A stretch of 64,000 bases of DNA from Ptychomitrium polyphyllum (Eukaryota). Below are positions 50,861-63,289 of the stretch, piece after piece. The position numbers were made by a program, and so were the translations under genes. A model generated the notes under the pieces. It was not told the DNA's origin. It worked only from the letters and a program-made list of their open reading frames with translations, and ran no database searches. Where the stretch lies: NCBI GenBank assembly GCA_973851085.1, contig OZ316775.1, positions 22,754,001-22,818,000 on the forward strand, given 5' to 3'. Each line of letters begins with the position of its first letter. The first letter of the stretch is position 1.

Positions 50861-53800
50861 ATGAGTCCGGGGGGAATGAACTTTGAGCTGAAAGGGAAGA
50901 AGATCACTTTTGAGCATCCTCATAGATGGAGATTGAGACACCATCCTGTAATGAGAAGAGGCAAGAAGGTCATGATTATCATTTTGGACGGATGGGGAGA
51001 GCAGATTTCTGATGAGTACAACGGCATTCATGTCGCTCCTACGCCCACAATGGACGAGCTTAAAAAGGTAGTGTTCTGTTGGCCATGTTGAGACCGCCCC
51101 TTGTGCACTATGTTACAGAAGTGATTCGAATGGGAGATTTATGGTACCGCAAGTGGGTAGCTCATGTTTATTCTATTGAAGGTTCATGGCAAGATTGCGG
51201 TGTCCAAGGATCTGAACAGTCACTCAGAAATTTTTGACTCACAGTTCTGCACGATAATTCTTCCTAATCGTGCTTAGTGTGAAGTTATATCAACTGTGAT
51301 TTATTATCTCCTTGTTCAATTCCATTTGGTGTCAAAATTTAAGTCTCTGTTTGTAGGCTGCACCGGACCGATGGCGGCTGCTACGAGCACATGGCCTTGC
51401 AGTTGGCCTCCCTAGCTGGGAAGATATGGGAAACAGTGAGGTTGGCCACAACGCTCTTGGTGCTGGACGTATATTTACACAAGGGTGCGTTGTGTGTTTG
51501 AATGGGTGTGATTTTGATAACTTATTTTGGTACTGTGTTTAATTGGGTTGCATCGACTCTAATCCTTTTTCTTTTTCTTTTGCTTTGAGAGACTTTAGCA
51601 CTGCCTTTCTCGAGAAAGGTGAGAGCTTAAAGAGAAAAGCAGCTCCCTAATGGATCTAGGTTTAGGGCGAGCTTCACGGTGTTAGATTAGGTAAGTTTTT
51701 TCCTTTCTTGATCCAGCGAGAAGATGCATTAATATTGATTTACGGTTATCTGATGGTCGGAGCAGGGCAGGTCTTGTGGACTTAGCACTATCAACTGGGA
51801 AGCTGTACGATGGAGCGGGATTTAAGTACATCGCTTCAGCATTCGCCAAGAACACGGTGCACTTTATGGGGCTGTTAAGTGATGGTGGCGTGCATTCTCG
51901 ATCTGATCAACTGTCGGTACGTAATTTTCAGATACCAATCATGAAATACAGTTCAGAGACGCCTCTCAGTTGAATAGGAGGAAGGAAGTATCTGGGTTAG
52001 TCAATCTTGATATGGCTGTATGTGCACCGCACTCGTAGATACTAGAACAAAGGGAATCCTGTAACTGCGGGTTTTTCTCATGTCCTCGCCTAGAAACATG
52101 CGAGTGCAACAGCAAAGCACCTGTCGTTCCGATTCATATGGTTATTGACTCAATTCAGAGGTTGTGGCTTGCTCTTGCAGCTGTTGATGAAAGGGTGCGC
52201 TGAACGCGGAGCTAAAAGAATGCGTGTACATATCCTTTTGGACGGGCGAGATGTAGCGCCAGGATCGGCTCCCAAGTACATTGACATTCTTGAAAAGGAT
52301 CTCGCAGCCATAAGACAAATGGGGTCTGATGTCATGATTGCCTCAGGGGGTGGCCGCATGGCTGTCACCATGGACCGGTATGAGGTCAGTACTGAGACCT
52401 CGTTCCGCCATTCTGTAGTGCTGGAAATGGTCGTTTATGCTGGAGAAACGTTTCTGACCGTTTCTTGATTAAATCTTTTAGATGTGAATTAGCCATTATT
52501 GTGGTATTTTTGACTATCTAAGCACATGGTCAGTGCCTGTTGTTTACGTGGAATTTGTTTTACTTGAAATGTAGCAATAATTTCGCACTGTGTTTCCGGT
52601 TGCCTTATTTCTATCTCGTGGGAGTACTAACTCTGTATGAGCACGTCTATTTCCAAGAATGACTGGGGAGTGGTGAAGAAAGGATGGGATGCTCAAGTCA
52701 AAGGGGAGGCTCTTCATAGATTTTCAAGTGCTGGTGATGCATTGAAGAAACTGAAGGAGGCGGATGTAAAGCTGGATGATCAGTATTTTCCTCCCTTCGT
52801 AATCGTTGGATCTGATGGCAAGCCAGTGGGGCCTATCCTCGATGATGATGCTGTTGTAACCTTCAACTTTAGGGCAGACCGTATGGTAATGGCAGCGAAA
52901 GCTTTCGATTTAGAAAAGTTTGACAAGTTCGATAGAGGGAAGATGCCAAAGATCAAGTACGCCGGTATGCTGCAATATGATGCAGATCTTGACCTTCCAA
53001 AACATTACTTAGTTTCACCTCCACTGATTGAGAAAACATCGGGAGAGTATCTGGTGCACAACTATGTCAGAAGCTGGGCTTGCAGGTTAGAGAATGTATT
53101 CCTTCTACACTTGGTTAGAGAACCAGCGTTTGCTTGCTTGAGTGTCACGCATTTTTCACCATTCTGCCCAATTTTGGCGTTCAAATTAACCCATTTGAGT
53201 ATGGAGACAGTACTCATGTGCATATACCGATGAAGCGGTGTCACTATTGGCTAAAGTTGAGGAGAATTCTCACAATTTATTTTGTGAGATGGATTTGTGA
53301 GCTTCAGGCTCAACTGTATTCTAGATACATTCTTTGTACATTCGAGATGTACAGCTTTACGACTTCCCTTGATAGTGTCTCTAATGGGATGGTTGTGGAA
53401 CAGCGAGACTGTGAAGTTCGGTCATGTCACCTTTGTTTGGAATGGGAATCGTTCCGGCATGTTCAGTTCCAGTCTGGAAAAATATGTGCAAATTCCTAGT
53501 GACAAAGGAATTCCTTTCAATGAGAAGCCTGAAATGAAGGCCGTTGAAATTGCTGAGAAGGCGGCTGAAGCCCTTAAAAGCGGCAAATTTGACCATGTAT
53601 GCTCTGACCACACCATATCCTCTCTGAAACTGTTCTTAGTCTCGTAGTCCCGAAACAGCAGCCGCCAGTCTTCTAATTCAGCTATTAGGGTCTTTCACGG
53701 GCTTGTTTTCTCATCAATCCTTGGACTCGATTCAGATGAAGTCTCCGATTCAGTGCAATTATAACAGGTAACAATGGGCTGGATTGCAGGTTCGTGTGAA

Positions 53801-54735
53801 CATTGCAAATGGAGATATGGTGGGTCATACTGGTGACCTCAAAGCTACTGTCACTGCGTGCGAAGCTGTGGACAAGGCTGTCAAGGTACAGTATATTACC
53901 ATACATGCTTGCTCCTTGGACCTACTTGGATTTTCATCCACCCTTGACTTTTAAACTATTGATCTTCATAGCATGATGCAACTTTTGCACTGCGCTTCCA
54001 AGCATTATGAAAAGAGCTTGCATGGATGTTTAAGTATATCTAGCTTGAGTCTAGGCTGAGTTAATGTTTGCTGCAGATTATGCTGGATGCTGTTGAAGAA
54101 GTGAAAGGGATTTTTTTGATTACCGCTGATCACGGGAATGCTGAGGATATGGTGAAACGGAACCTGAAAACTGGCAATCCGGTTCTGAACAAAGAAGGAA
54201 AAACCGAAGTTCTCACCTCACATACGTGTAACCCTGTAAATGCTCCTTTTGCATTCTCCGTAGCTTTCTGAAGAGAACCCTCTGATCACTTTCAAATAGA
54301 ATCTGATTTTCGATTGCACATTATGTGAAAGGATGTTAAAACGGAGAAGGCGCAGAGAATGTAGTTGGGAAGACGTCTCGAGGGTAAATTGTAGAGGGGA
54401 GATAATTTAGAGATTCTACATTGTGTAGGCATAGGTCAGGTCCAACGGTGTTCTTCTTAACAACTCTCAAGACTCCATAATCCGAGCGGGGAATCATTGA
54501 TAATAGCTGGCTTAGTCTTCTAGCTTGGACTTCTGAATTCTCTGACGACAATGGTGCCCATACCTCGCAGGTGCCATGTATCATTGGTGGACCTGGATTG
54601 GCGAAAGGAGTCAGGTTCAGAAAGGACTTGCCTGACGCTGGGCTAGCCAACGTTGCCTCTACATTCATCAACTTTCACGGATTCCACGCACCTTGGAACT
54701 ATGAGCCAACATTGCTTGAATACGATGAGAAATGA
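50861..54735 (+). CDS. iPGAM: 2,3-bisphosphoglycerate-independent phosphoglycerate mutase (plant type), ~9 coding exons
   Basis: IILDGWGE, RAHGLAVGLPSWEDMGNSEVGHNALGAGR (catalytic Ser), GLLSDGGVHSR, HILLDGRDV, ASGGGRMAVTMDRYE, FNFRADRM, SETVKFGHVTF, RVNIANGDMVGHTG, TADHGNAEDM, LTSHT, GLANVAST. An in-frame stop at ~50799 makes 50861 the first in-frame ATG. TGA at 54733-54735. Confidence 0.96.
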
Positions 54736-55896
54736 ATCAAATGGAGAAATGCTTTTCAATATTCCGGTCCTCTTATCTCATACTGTTAGGCCACTTGGTA
54801 TGATGATCAGTTCCGTGCTGGAATATCGAATTACAAATAAGTTACGCGGGCTAGCGTTAAGCTCTTGGTTTTGTTTGCTGTAGAGTTGCTCTGTTTGTGA
54901 GCTGATGACCTCAAAGATCTACGATCATTTACACAAATATTACATTTATTATTAGAAGTTCAGACGATAAATCCATGTTCAAGAAGCGCAAGCCAAAGTT
55001 CAGATTTTCATCCTAACTGTATCTTTCCTTTCTCCAACTATGTTTTGAAGAATTTCTTTGAGGATTCAGGAGTCGTATCAAGTCAGACCGACTCATATCA
55101 TATTTGCAATCATCGTGAATACAACGTCCACCTGATGTTCTCACTTCTAGTACCTAACGTCTTCCAGTCCCTCCTACACTTGAACCAGCGATTGCTTGCT
55201 TGGTTGATTTACAAATAAGAGGCTCACATTGACAGTATGTATGATCTGCTTCGATTTTAAACACGAAAACATCTACAACTTACCCCAATTAAGCAAAACA
55301 TTCGGAGATATTAGAGCTTCTAAATATTCCGTAAATCATGAAGAAATGTACTCTATAATACAGTTCAGCGGCTAAGCTGGTAGCTGAGAGCTAAGAACCT
55401 GGAGAGAATTGAAAATTCATGAAGAGATGAGAGCGAGCGGATGCCATAGCCATGTCGGCTCACTCCATGGACCGCCCTTCATTGAACATCCTGTGAGTGG
55501 CCTTCTCCACCCCAATTTTCAATCCCGACGATGGGCCAAGCATCCTAATCCTTATCTTTCCTTACCGCCTTTTTCGCTGTCTTCCTTTCCCTCCACACTA
55601 TTAACTAATCGACGACGTGACATCACATAACACATTGCACATTGTGCAGAGACTTTTTTCTGCTCAACTGCGGCCCGTCATCCATCACTTCAGTACAGTA
55701 CAATGATTAGGAAATAGAGAAATCTCAGACATTGATGGTCCAAATCTTCTAGTGCTCATTATAGTTGATCAGACACTGCAGTCAGCAAGCTGGTCTTGAT
55801 CTCAGACATTTCCAGGAGTTCCTCATGCAAGGAGCCACATCTTAGTGTCAGTTCATTACGTTTGACCAATGAACTCCTTAAGCAATTTCTTTGCTT

Positions 55897-55904
55897 CCAC
55901 GTGG
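55897..55904. promoter_or_regulatory. G-box/ABRE-like palindrome CCACGTGG upstream of the LEA gene
   Basis: Perfect CCACGTGG ~420 bp before the LEA ATG. Further ACGT cores at ~55615 and ~55858. LEA genes are typically ABA/ABRE-regulated. Confidence 0.45.
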
Positions 55905-56319
55905 AAAAATCTGCAAAAAGCTTGAATGCAATCCGCTTAGGATGTCTATTTTGGATTGAAGCGTGATCTACACTTGGCTTCCAATGTGCCGCTTACAGAG
56001 CAGGCCTGTGTAAGCATGAATCATTGTTTCTATCCTGGCAGATCTACAGTCCTTTATATTCCCTTTTCGTAGAAATTGCTCCGCTCGTGCGTAGATTTAG
56101 GACCTGGATGAAGACAGAAGTTCCGATTGCACCACTGTAAACAGGCCGTGTAGTACCCAAATTACAATCGTAACATTCAGATCAAGTTGTCGGAACTCGA
56201 GTTTGCTCTTTCATCTGTGCTTCGAAGTCAGGCTTGGATTCTGTGTCTGTTAGGTGCAAAACTTACAAATTTAAGCTTGTCGCAGTAGTGTTGTGCAGAG
56301 AGTTACAGAGTGTGTGACA

Positions 56320-56796
56320 ATGCAGGCTGTCAAAAACATGGCTGTGTCCGCCAAGGAGAAGGCCTCCAACGTCACCGCCAAGGTGGAGGAGAAGGTGAAC
56401 AAGGGGAAGGCCTCTGCCGATGAGAAGGTATGTATCTGAAACCTCAGCCTCTGCGCATTGCTTGTCTTTGCAATTACTGCTAGTCAGTTTGACACTCGTT
56501 GATTTGAAACTAGCACTAGATTAATCAGTTTGAGACTAATTTTTAATTAAGTTGTGACAAATATATTAATGCAGGCTGAGAAGGCCTTGGCAACGGATGA
56601 GGTGGGAAAGTACGAGGCCGAAGCCAGGAAGCATGAAAGGAAGCACGAAGCGGAGGCAGAGAAGGACCAGAAGAAACTTGGACACGAGCAGGAAAAGCAC
56701 GATTTGAAGCATGACATCAACACTCGTCATGCGGCCGCTGATGCTGCGTACAAAAATGTTGAAACTGGTGTTCGTGATGGCCATGGTCTTAACTAA
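56320..56796 (+). CDS. Late embryogenesis abundant protein, LEA_1 / group 4 (seed maturation protein-like), 109 aa, 2 exons
   Basis: Exons 56320-56427 (MQAVKNMAVSAKEKASNVTAKVEEKVNKGKASADEK) and 56575-56796 (AEKALATDEVGKYEAEARKHERKHEAEAEK...GHGLN*), joined by a phase-0 GT-AG intron. Hydrophilic A/K/E-rich sequence with the LEA_1 N-terminal pattern. Confidence 0.85.
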
Positions 56797-58007
56797 GTCG
56801 GAGCAGATCATTTGCCAAAGCTGAACGCTTGCTGTATATTATAGTGTGTGCTATTGGATACATATCCTCCGGTTGATTTGAACTTTGAGTTAGCTCCTCT
56901 GCAATATATGTTCGTAAGATTATGAAAGGAACTTGAGGTTTTATTGATTGGGCCGGCATCCATTACTCTTGTGTGACCTTTCTGTGCAGTTTGGTGCATT
57001 TCAGTTAATTGCAATTCTGTTTCAATCACATTCTATTCCAATCACATATCTTATTGAGTGGTTTGCACTAATATATCACATGGGTATCAATCTCGTGGTC
57101 CTACATATTTAAAATAATTGAAACATCACTTCACGGTGTTCGTATCCAGGCTTGCTTATTGTGTCTTTGTCTGTCACAACCCTGGCCAATATTGTCTGGC
57201 AGAGAATGAGAGGATTTCAGCTTCGAAATAGGTAGATTGATGGTGTGCGGTCAACAATGCATAAAGAAGTCACAGCGTTGATAAGTTGGCTCTGTGTTCA
57301 TTGCTCGGACCGCTTGCAAGATATTTGCACACTTTTTGGATGTCATGTATGTACTCTGTAGGAGCAGGATGAATTCTCGATTTAAACTGCCCTGCGTCTT
57401 CAAAATTTTCGCAATAGCTTCCTGTCAGAATTCTACAGTACAGTAATGAATTCTCCACCAGCTTTCGAATACTTTAATTTCCAGACGTGTGCAAATGCAA
57501 AACCGGAGTATGTGGTGCCAAAGTCTAGATTCACTGCCACCCTCGGCTTTGAATGCGCCATCTTTTACGTCTCGAAGTTATGAAGGGCCAATAATCTAGA
57601 AATTACAATTTTGAATCTCCAATAACTAGGAGATCTAGACACGAAACAAGTGCCTAGATGTGTGCGCCCTCAAGTTCAACCGTGCTACTGATGAGCGCCA
57701 TCTACAGCTGTGTAGACACAAATCAGCAACTCTAACCCAATAATAACCCCAAGCTTTGCTCAACAAATTGCACAACCGTTTTTATACTTATCCACCAGAG
57801 AGTTCTTACAGATTACGTGTTCCACTTACGTACTCACTATACTGTACAGTGCGGTAAGCAAAAGCAAAAGTAAAATAGGAGCACATCCGGTGTGCATGAC
57901 GTAAAAGAATCGTAATGGAGTTACTTTAAAAACAAACACATAGCTATATTATGATTCTGCATCAAGGGGTGAATCAAGTTGATTTTACGCAGTACAACAG
58001 GAATTGG

Positions 58008-61000
58008 CTACTGTATTTTCCTATTTACATGTTTAGCTGAACGTTTGAATCCTCGAGGATTGAAAACCTCAACAAAATTCTTCCAAATACCTCTATCATA
58101 TATATTTTTCTCTTCTAATTTGGGTGTACTGGCCCAACAATTCCTACAACCTAACCAACCACACTTACCATCTGACTTCTGACTTGGCTCCCTGGATGCA
58201 GAGTCCTTGGGTTCACTAGCATGCTTGACCTCTTCCACTTCTGCTTGCCAATGTCGAAGCCTATCCCATTTGTAGGTCTACATCAAATAATCACCCATTA
58301 TCAGAAAAATAGGAAATAAAACTGATAAAACAGTGACCTCGCGATTATAAATTTTCAAACCCCTTTCCAGGAAAGCACTTACTTGAGAGATGATTTGAGA
58401 AAAAGATAAAACACCGACAAGCATTACAGACGATGGTCGACAACCACACCAAGTCGATCAAAGCTCAAAAACATTAAACCTGTGGATACCAAAACCTTTG
58501 GGCATGAAAGAAAGGGAAGCGACCTGCCTCATTTGTAGTTGTGTTGTACACCACTAGGTTCAAGTGGTAACCAAAGAAACCCAACAGTAGCAAAGATATC
58601 ACTAGCATAAATATCAGCATCAATACTTGCGTTGAATAGTAGGCCAACAACCACTGATGCAACCCACAGAGTGAAAACTTAGGTTTCGTAGCTTCGCCTT
58701 CAATACTATAACATCCTCATGGAGCAGATTTCCAAACTCTCACGAGTACCTAATTAATTACACAGAAGTTACTGCCCCTTTGGTTATTGTCATGCTTCAA
58801 CCATAAGTCAATTCTTCAAACAATAGAAAAACGAAGAGAGAACATCCTCATAGCACGCACCTGTACAACATGCGGATATACGTCATGGAATGTTGCAGGC
58901 CTGCCAATGTACCCTGAAACCAAAAAGATAATATCAGCTGAAACGTCCACACACAGCAATCCAGGTAGACCAATCTTTAGCCCTCCCAACCGAGACAGCC
59001 CAACACTCGAAAACAATCACGGAAGGACTTCCAGTTCCCTTACACAAAAGAACGGAAGGCTTACATCTTATTGCTCGAACAACACCCCGTTCTTCAATCT
59101 GACCCGCTAGAATCATTGTGAGCACCCAAACTCCGTACCACAATAACAATACATGCCTGCGAGCGTATAAATTTGACATATTAAAAGACTTGTCTACACA
59201 AAAAATACATGAGATCAGAAAGGAACAGTCGAATAATATGCAACGGTTAAAGACTTGTCTACGTTCGTACAAATGAGAAAAGAGGTCCCTGCGAGAAATC
59301 TTAAATGAAGCCCAATATCTAAAAATCGAACTGCCTTGTCCTTAAATTGCCAAGAGCATAGAGCCTTAAAAGGATCATCTTTAAGATAGAAACTTACCAG
59401 CCAAGAAATGACAAGAAAAACCGCAGGTTGCCTTCTCCAATACAGTTGTTCTGTCAACCCACACGATTTTGTGGCCCAATATAAATTCAAATTAAAAGGC
59501 ACTGTCACTCCATATGTCTCTTACGTTGCCGCCAGGGTCTGCAGAGATGAGCACTAGATGAACAAGAAATATGCAAATATCTGATGCTCTACATCATGTT
59601 TTTAAAAGATACAGCTACAACAAATGTGAAGTGAACTGCTAACCATCCAGGCACAATGGTGATCAAAACGAGCGACACATTTGTTGCAGATACTACAATG
59701 CTTCGACCTTGCTGGCCTGCACAAATACAAGATACCGAAGTTCAAAAACAAGAGTGAAGAAATCTTCAGATATGGCTTGCACACATAAACCCTACACTTT
59801 CAAACTCAATTCTCCATCAGTGTTGTTGATATTGCAGGAACCCACCGAAAAATATTGCAGGTAGGGCAGGATTTCTTCTCGTAGAGTACATTGTCATAAG
59901 GATACACCCCAACATGGGACTTTACTGTGGATTTATCAATTGTCCCAGCATCTGTAAAGCTGGTCAGAAGGAACAAGCAAAGACCCAAGGAAGCAGCAAC
60001 TGGACCTGTATATCTGCAAAGGTCAATAGGAGACCGCTAATTAAGAGAATATGCAAAAGAACGATAAAAAGGTAAAAAAGAGGTGCATCTCTAGAAATGC
60101 TCAGTCTACATCTTTAAATTATAGTACACATGGTGGCACCTGTGGTAAGTGGATATGTAGGGACCGGGGATGTATTGCAATGAAGTATACGTCAGCGTAA
60201 AATAGCAACCGCCAAGTATACTCAAGTAGAATATCTGCAACCATTTAAAAGACTTCAAATAAACTACATTACAATGGCAAAGGAAAGACAGAAGTAATCT
60301 CTGAACAACCATTACTAAAAGCGCCACACAGCATAACTCGAGGAAGGGTTTGCCAAAGTACTCTTAAGTGGAGAGAAGGATCAAATTCATGTGTACACTT
60401 CAGAGAAGATTTAAAATGATAACTATACCACCAGAACTTTTGTACTCTTGTTTTGTGAACATTCAGTGAAAATAATTTAGAGCTGATACTCCACAAACAC
60501 ACCGAGTTGAACTTGCAATCCGACCAAAGGAGAAATCTATGCAAAACTGCAATCAAGTATTGCATTAAGGTAGATGCTTCCGCACCTGCAATGCAGGGTT
60601 AGGTTTTTCGCAGCAATAAGTCTCCGCTGCAGCACAACCATTCCTCCCTTTGGCACCAAAACACAGACCTACCACTTTCCTGCACGCAACAGATTGACGA
60701 AAATCATCACGATATTGTATATTTCAACCCAAAACCCTTGAAACACATTAATTAACTAGTTTCGCCAACCTCGTGCGAATCTGCACCAGCTATCAAGCAG
60801 TAGTCGCTATAAAAACATCAAAATTAGCAAACCCCTGCCCCCTAACCCTAAATCCTGGGTACTATCCCCTAAAATCGCGCCATCACTAGATAATTGCAAC
60901 CGAACAATCAACCCACTTCGAGCGACCTTTCCACTCCAAAGGCGATTGAGATCCCCTCAGCCGAGAAACGAAAGGCCACTTACTGGAAAAAATCGCAACA

Positions 61001-61132
61001 TCCTCCGGTAAGAAAGTCGTGCGCTCCTTGCACGAAAGTTCCGTGGAAAACAGGACGATCTCCACACAAGAGCAGCATGAGCAGCAAGGGGCACACGCTG
61101 AGGTACAACCCGAGCAGCCACCATTGCCCCAT
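58008..61132 (-). CDS. PAT17: DHHC protein S-acyltransferase, PAT17/Swf1-like, ~10 exons
   Basis: [10 protein letters not shown]...[98 protein letters not shown]...[29 protein letters not shown] at 61132, stop at 58008-58010. Confidence 0.93.
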
Positions 61133-61343
61133 CTCTCCTCTACCCCGACACTCTCACATCCTCTTCGCCATCACCCCCACCGCCAACTATCCTTAAAGCC
61201 AATCCCCCTGACGTCGTCCTCTCTGATCTTCCAACTTACTCTCCAGAACCCCGACCATGATGACCATGATGACCATGAAAGCCTTCAGACGAACAACAAA
61301 ACAAAGCAAATCAAAACAACCACCACTTTGTGAGGGGTGAATC

Positions 61344-61400
61344 GCGATGGCGATGGCGATGGCGATGTGGATGTGGATGGAGATGTGGATGGCGATGGAA
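61344..61400. repeat. (GATGGC/GATGTG)n hexamer SSR in the PAT17 5' region
   Basis: gcgatggcgatggcgatggcgatgtggatgtggatggagatgtggatggcgatgg. Confidence 0.85.
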
Positions 61401-61480
61401 ATTTGTGGATGGCCATGGAAATGTGTAGATGGCGATGTGGATGGAGACGCTGCCAGTGCAGCGGTGTAGTCGGGAGAGGG

Positions 61481-61516
61481 GCGGCGTGCGGCGTGCGGCG
61501 TGCGGCGTGCGGCGTG
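61481..61516. repeat. (GCGGCGT)5 heptamer tandem repeat
   Basis: Five perfect GCGGCGT units. Confidence 0.92.
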
Positions 61517-61647
61517 AGGGAGGGGGTGTGAGGGACATCCGGGGGACGATGCGTCGCCCCTGCACCCGTCGAAGCTTCCATCCCTCTCGTCTGTGATTCT
61601 CCCCATCCTGCGCAACCTGCCCATCCTTCCTGTGCTCCTGGTTTAGG

Positions 61648-61734
61648 CCTTGGTCTTGGTCCTTCGCCTTGGTCTTGGTCTTGGTCCTTCACCTTGGTCT
61701 TGGTCCTTCACCTTGGTCTTGGTCCTTGTCTTGG
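61648..61734. repeat. ~19-bp CCTTGGTCTTGGTCCTTCA tandem repeat (~4 copies, built from CTTGGT hexamers)
   Basis: Directly visible upstream of PAT17. Confidence 0.85.
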
Positions 61735-61929
61735 GAGCCCACGGAGAATCCACTCCAAGATTGTGACAGTCCTTTGGGGAGTCCTTTGAGGAGTCCTTCT
61801 GGCCAAGGCGGACGATAACAAGCGAATGTCATCTGCTCTAGACGAATTGTATCCTGTGCTAGGTAAATTTTAGGTCTTCACACCTCGTATAAGTCACTAA
61901 GTCTTTAATCTCAAGTAAATTCTCTGATA

Positions 61930-62950
61930 AGGACCCCTTGATGGCATCACCAAGCCCAACCTTAGTGTTTGGCAATTTGACAATTTGTATGTAAGAACAA
62001 GTTCTCATAATAGGATTTTAGTAAAGTCTTCATTTTCAAAATGTTCAATGTTAATTTTAAATTTAAACTTGATTTAGTCAATTGGATGCAATGGAAGGAG
62101 GAAGGAGGAAAGAGGAGGCTATTCTTCAAGATTCATGGATCATATTTTATCATGTCAAACGTGTCAAGTTGTGGACCATCACTGTTTGCCATGTAGACAA
62201 TCTTGTTTACTACAAGGTTATAACCATTACAATCTATAACATGCAATCTAAATGTACAAAGGCTAAAATGTTGCCTAGCATGAATTTGAATGGCGTAATG
62301 GTTAATAATGGATTCTTAAAATCTAATTCAAGGATTTTATGGTTGACAATATCCAAACCAATTGAAAAGTTGTTTATATTATTTACAAGGAATAGAAAAC
62401 AAAAAATGAGTGCCATGAAAAACGAAGCGAAGACTTGTTCCTTGTATTAATTCTAATTCCTTAATCATATCACCAAATTTTAAAGGATTAATAGATGGTT
62501 TGCACATGGAAAGGTGCTAGACATCAATTTTATAATCTCTTCCATCTTTCATAGTTTAGAATTATTACTATCAATGGATTTCATCACAAATCTTTTATAC
62601 TCCAATTCAAAAGATCTCCACTATAGTGATGGTTGGTTAATTTATTAAAATAGCACATTTTGTTCCATGCAATAAGACAATGATATGGAAAGAAACTGCT
62701 AAGCTATTTCTAAACAAAAGCTACTATATGCATGGAATAATGGTTGATATTGTATTCAATTGTAAGGCACAATGCATTTCTAATTTTTGGAGGGGACTGT
62801 TCCAACTTTTGCACGTAAAAATCAACATTTCTACACTACATCATTAATAAATTGACGGCTAAACAAAATTAACATTTGGGACGATACCTTTGTTGCAGTA
62901 TGAATTACCAATCAAATACTTCATGTGTCTTTGTTAAATTCCTACAATGA
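61930..62950 (+). mobile_element. Decayed Mutator-like (MULE) transposase fragment
   Basis: Broken translation KVFIFKM...DLVNWMQ...LQDSWIIFYHVKRVKLWTITVCHVD..YYKVITITIYNMQS...FKDFMVDNIQTN...KTCSLY. This resembles a bryophyte MULE-type transposase family as I recall it (WIMFDHVKRV...WTTMACHVYD...CDMQSED...FKGFMADSAQAN...ERTCLFH). Stops and frameshifts are present; boundaries are approximate. Confidence 0.6.
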
Positions 62951-63289
62951 ATCTTGTACATTAAAGCAAGTTTTTATACTAATTTTTTTATTGGAAATTA
63001 ACAATGAAATGGAAAATGATGTTGAAGGGATATTTGATTTACGTATTCAAAAATGGGTGCTTGGAGTATATTATATATTAATAAGGAGATGTCATCAATG
63101 AATAGACATGGAAACCTTTGATTAATGTTTCCAATGCAGTTGAGAAGGTTTAGAAATTCCATTGAAGGTATTTACAGAAACTAAGGTATTGATAAAATGT
63201 TACAGAAAATTAGAAGTTGCGTAACTTTGTAAAGAAGATTTATCATCAGCAATAGAAAGGCAAGTATTAGAAAGGGCAAGCCATATCCA

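Noticed and set aside
58181..58201. miR160-like sequence (TGGCTCCCTGGATGC), i.e. a possible miR160 site in PAT17 mRNA
   Set aside because: There are about five mismatches plus a G:U against canonical miR160, including position 4. No precursor hairpin is evident and the segment is coding.
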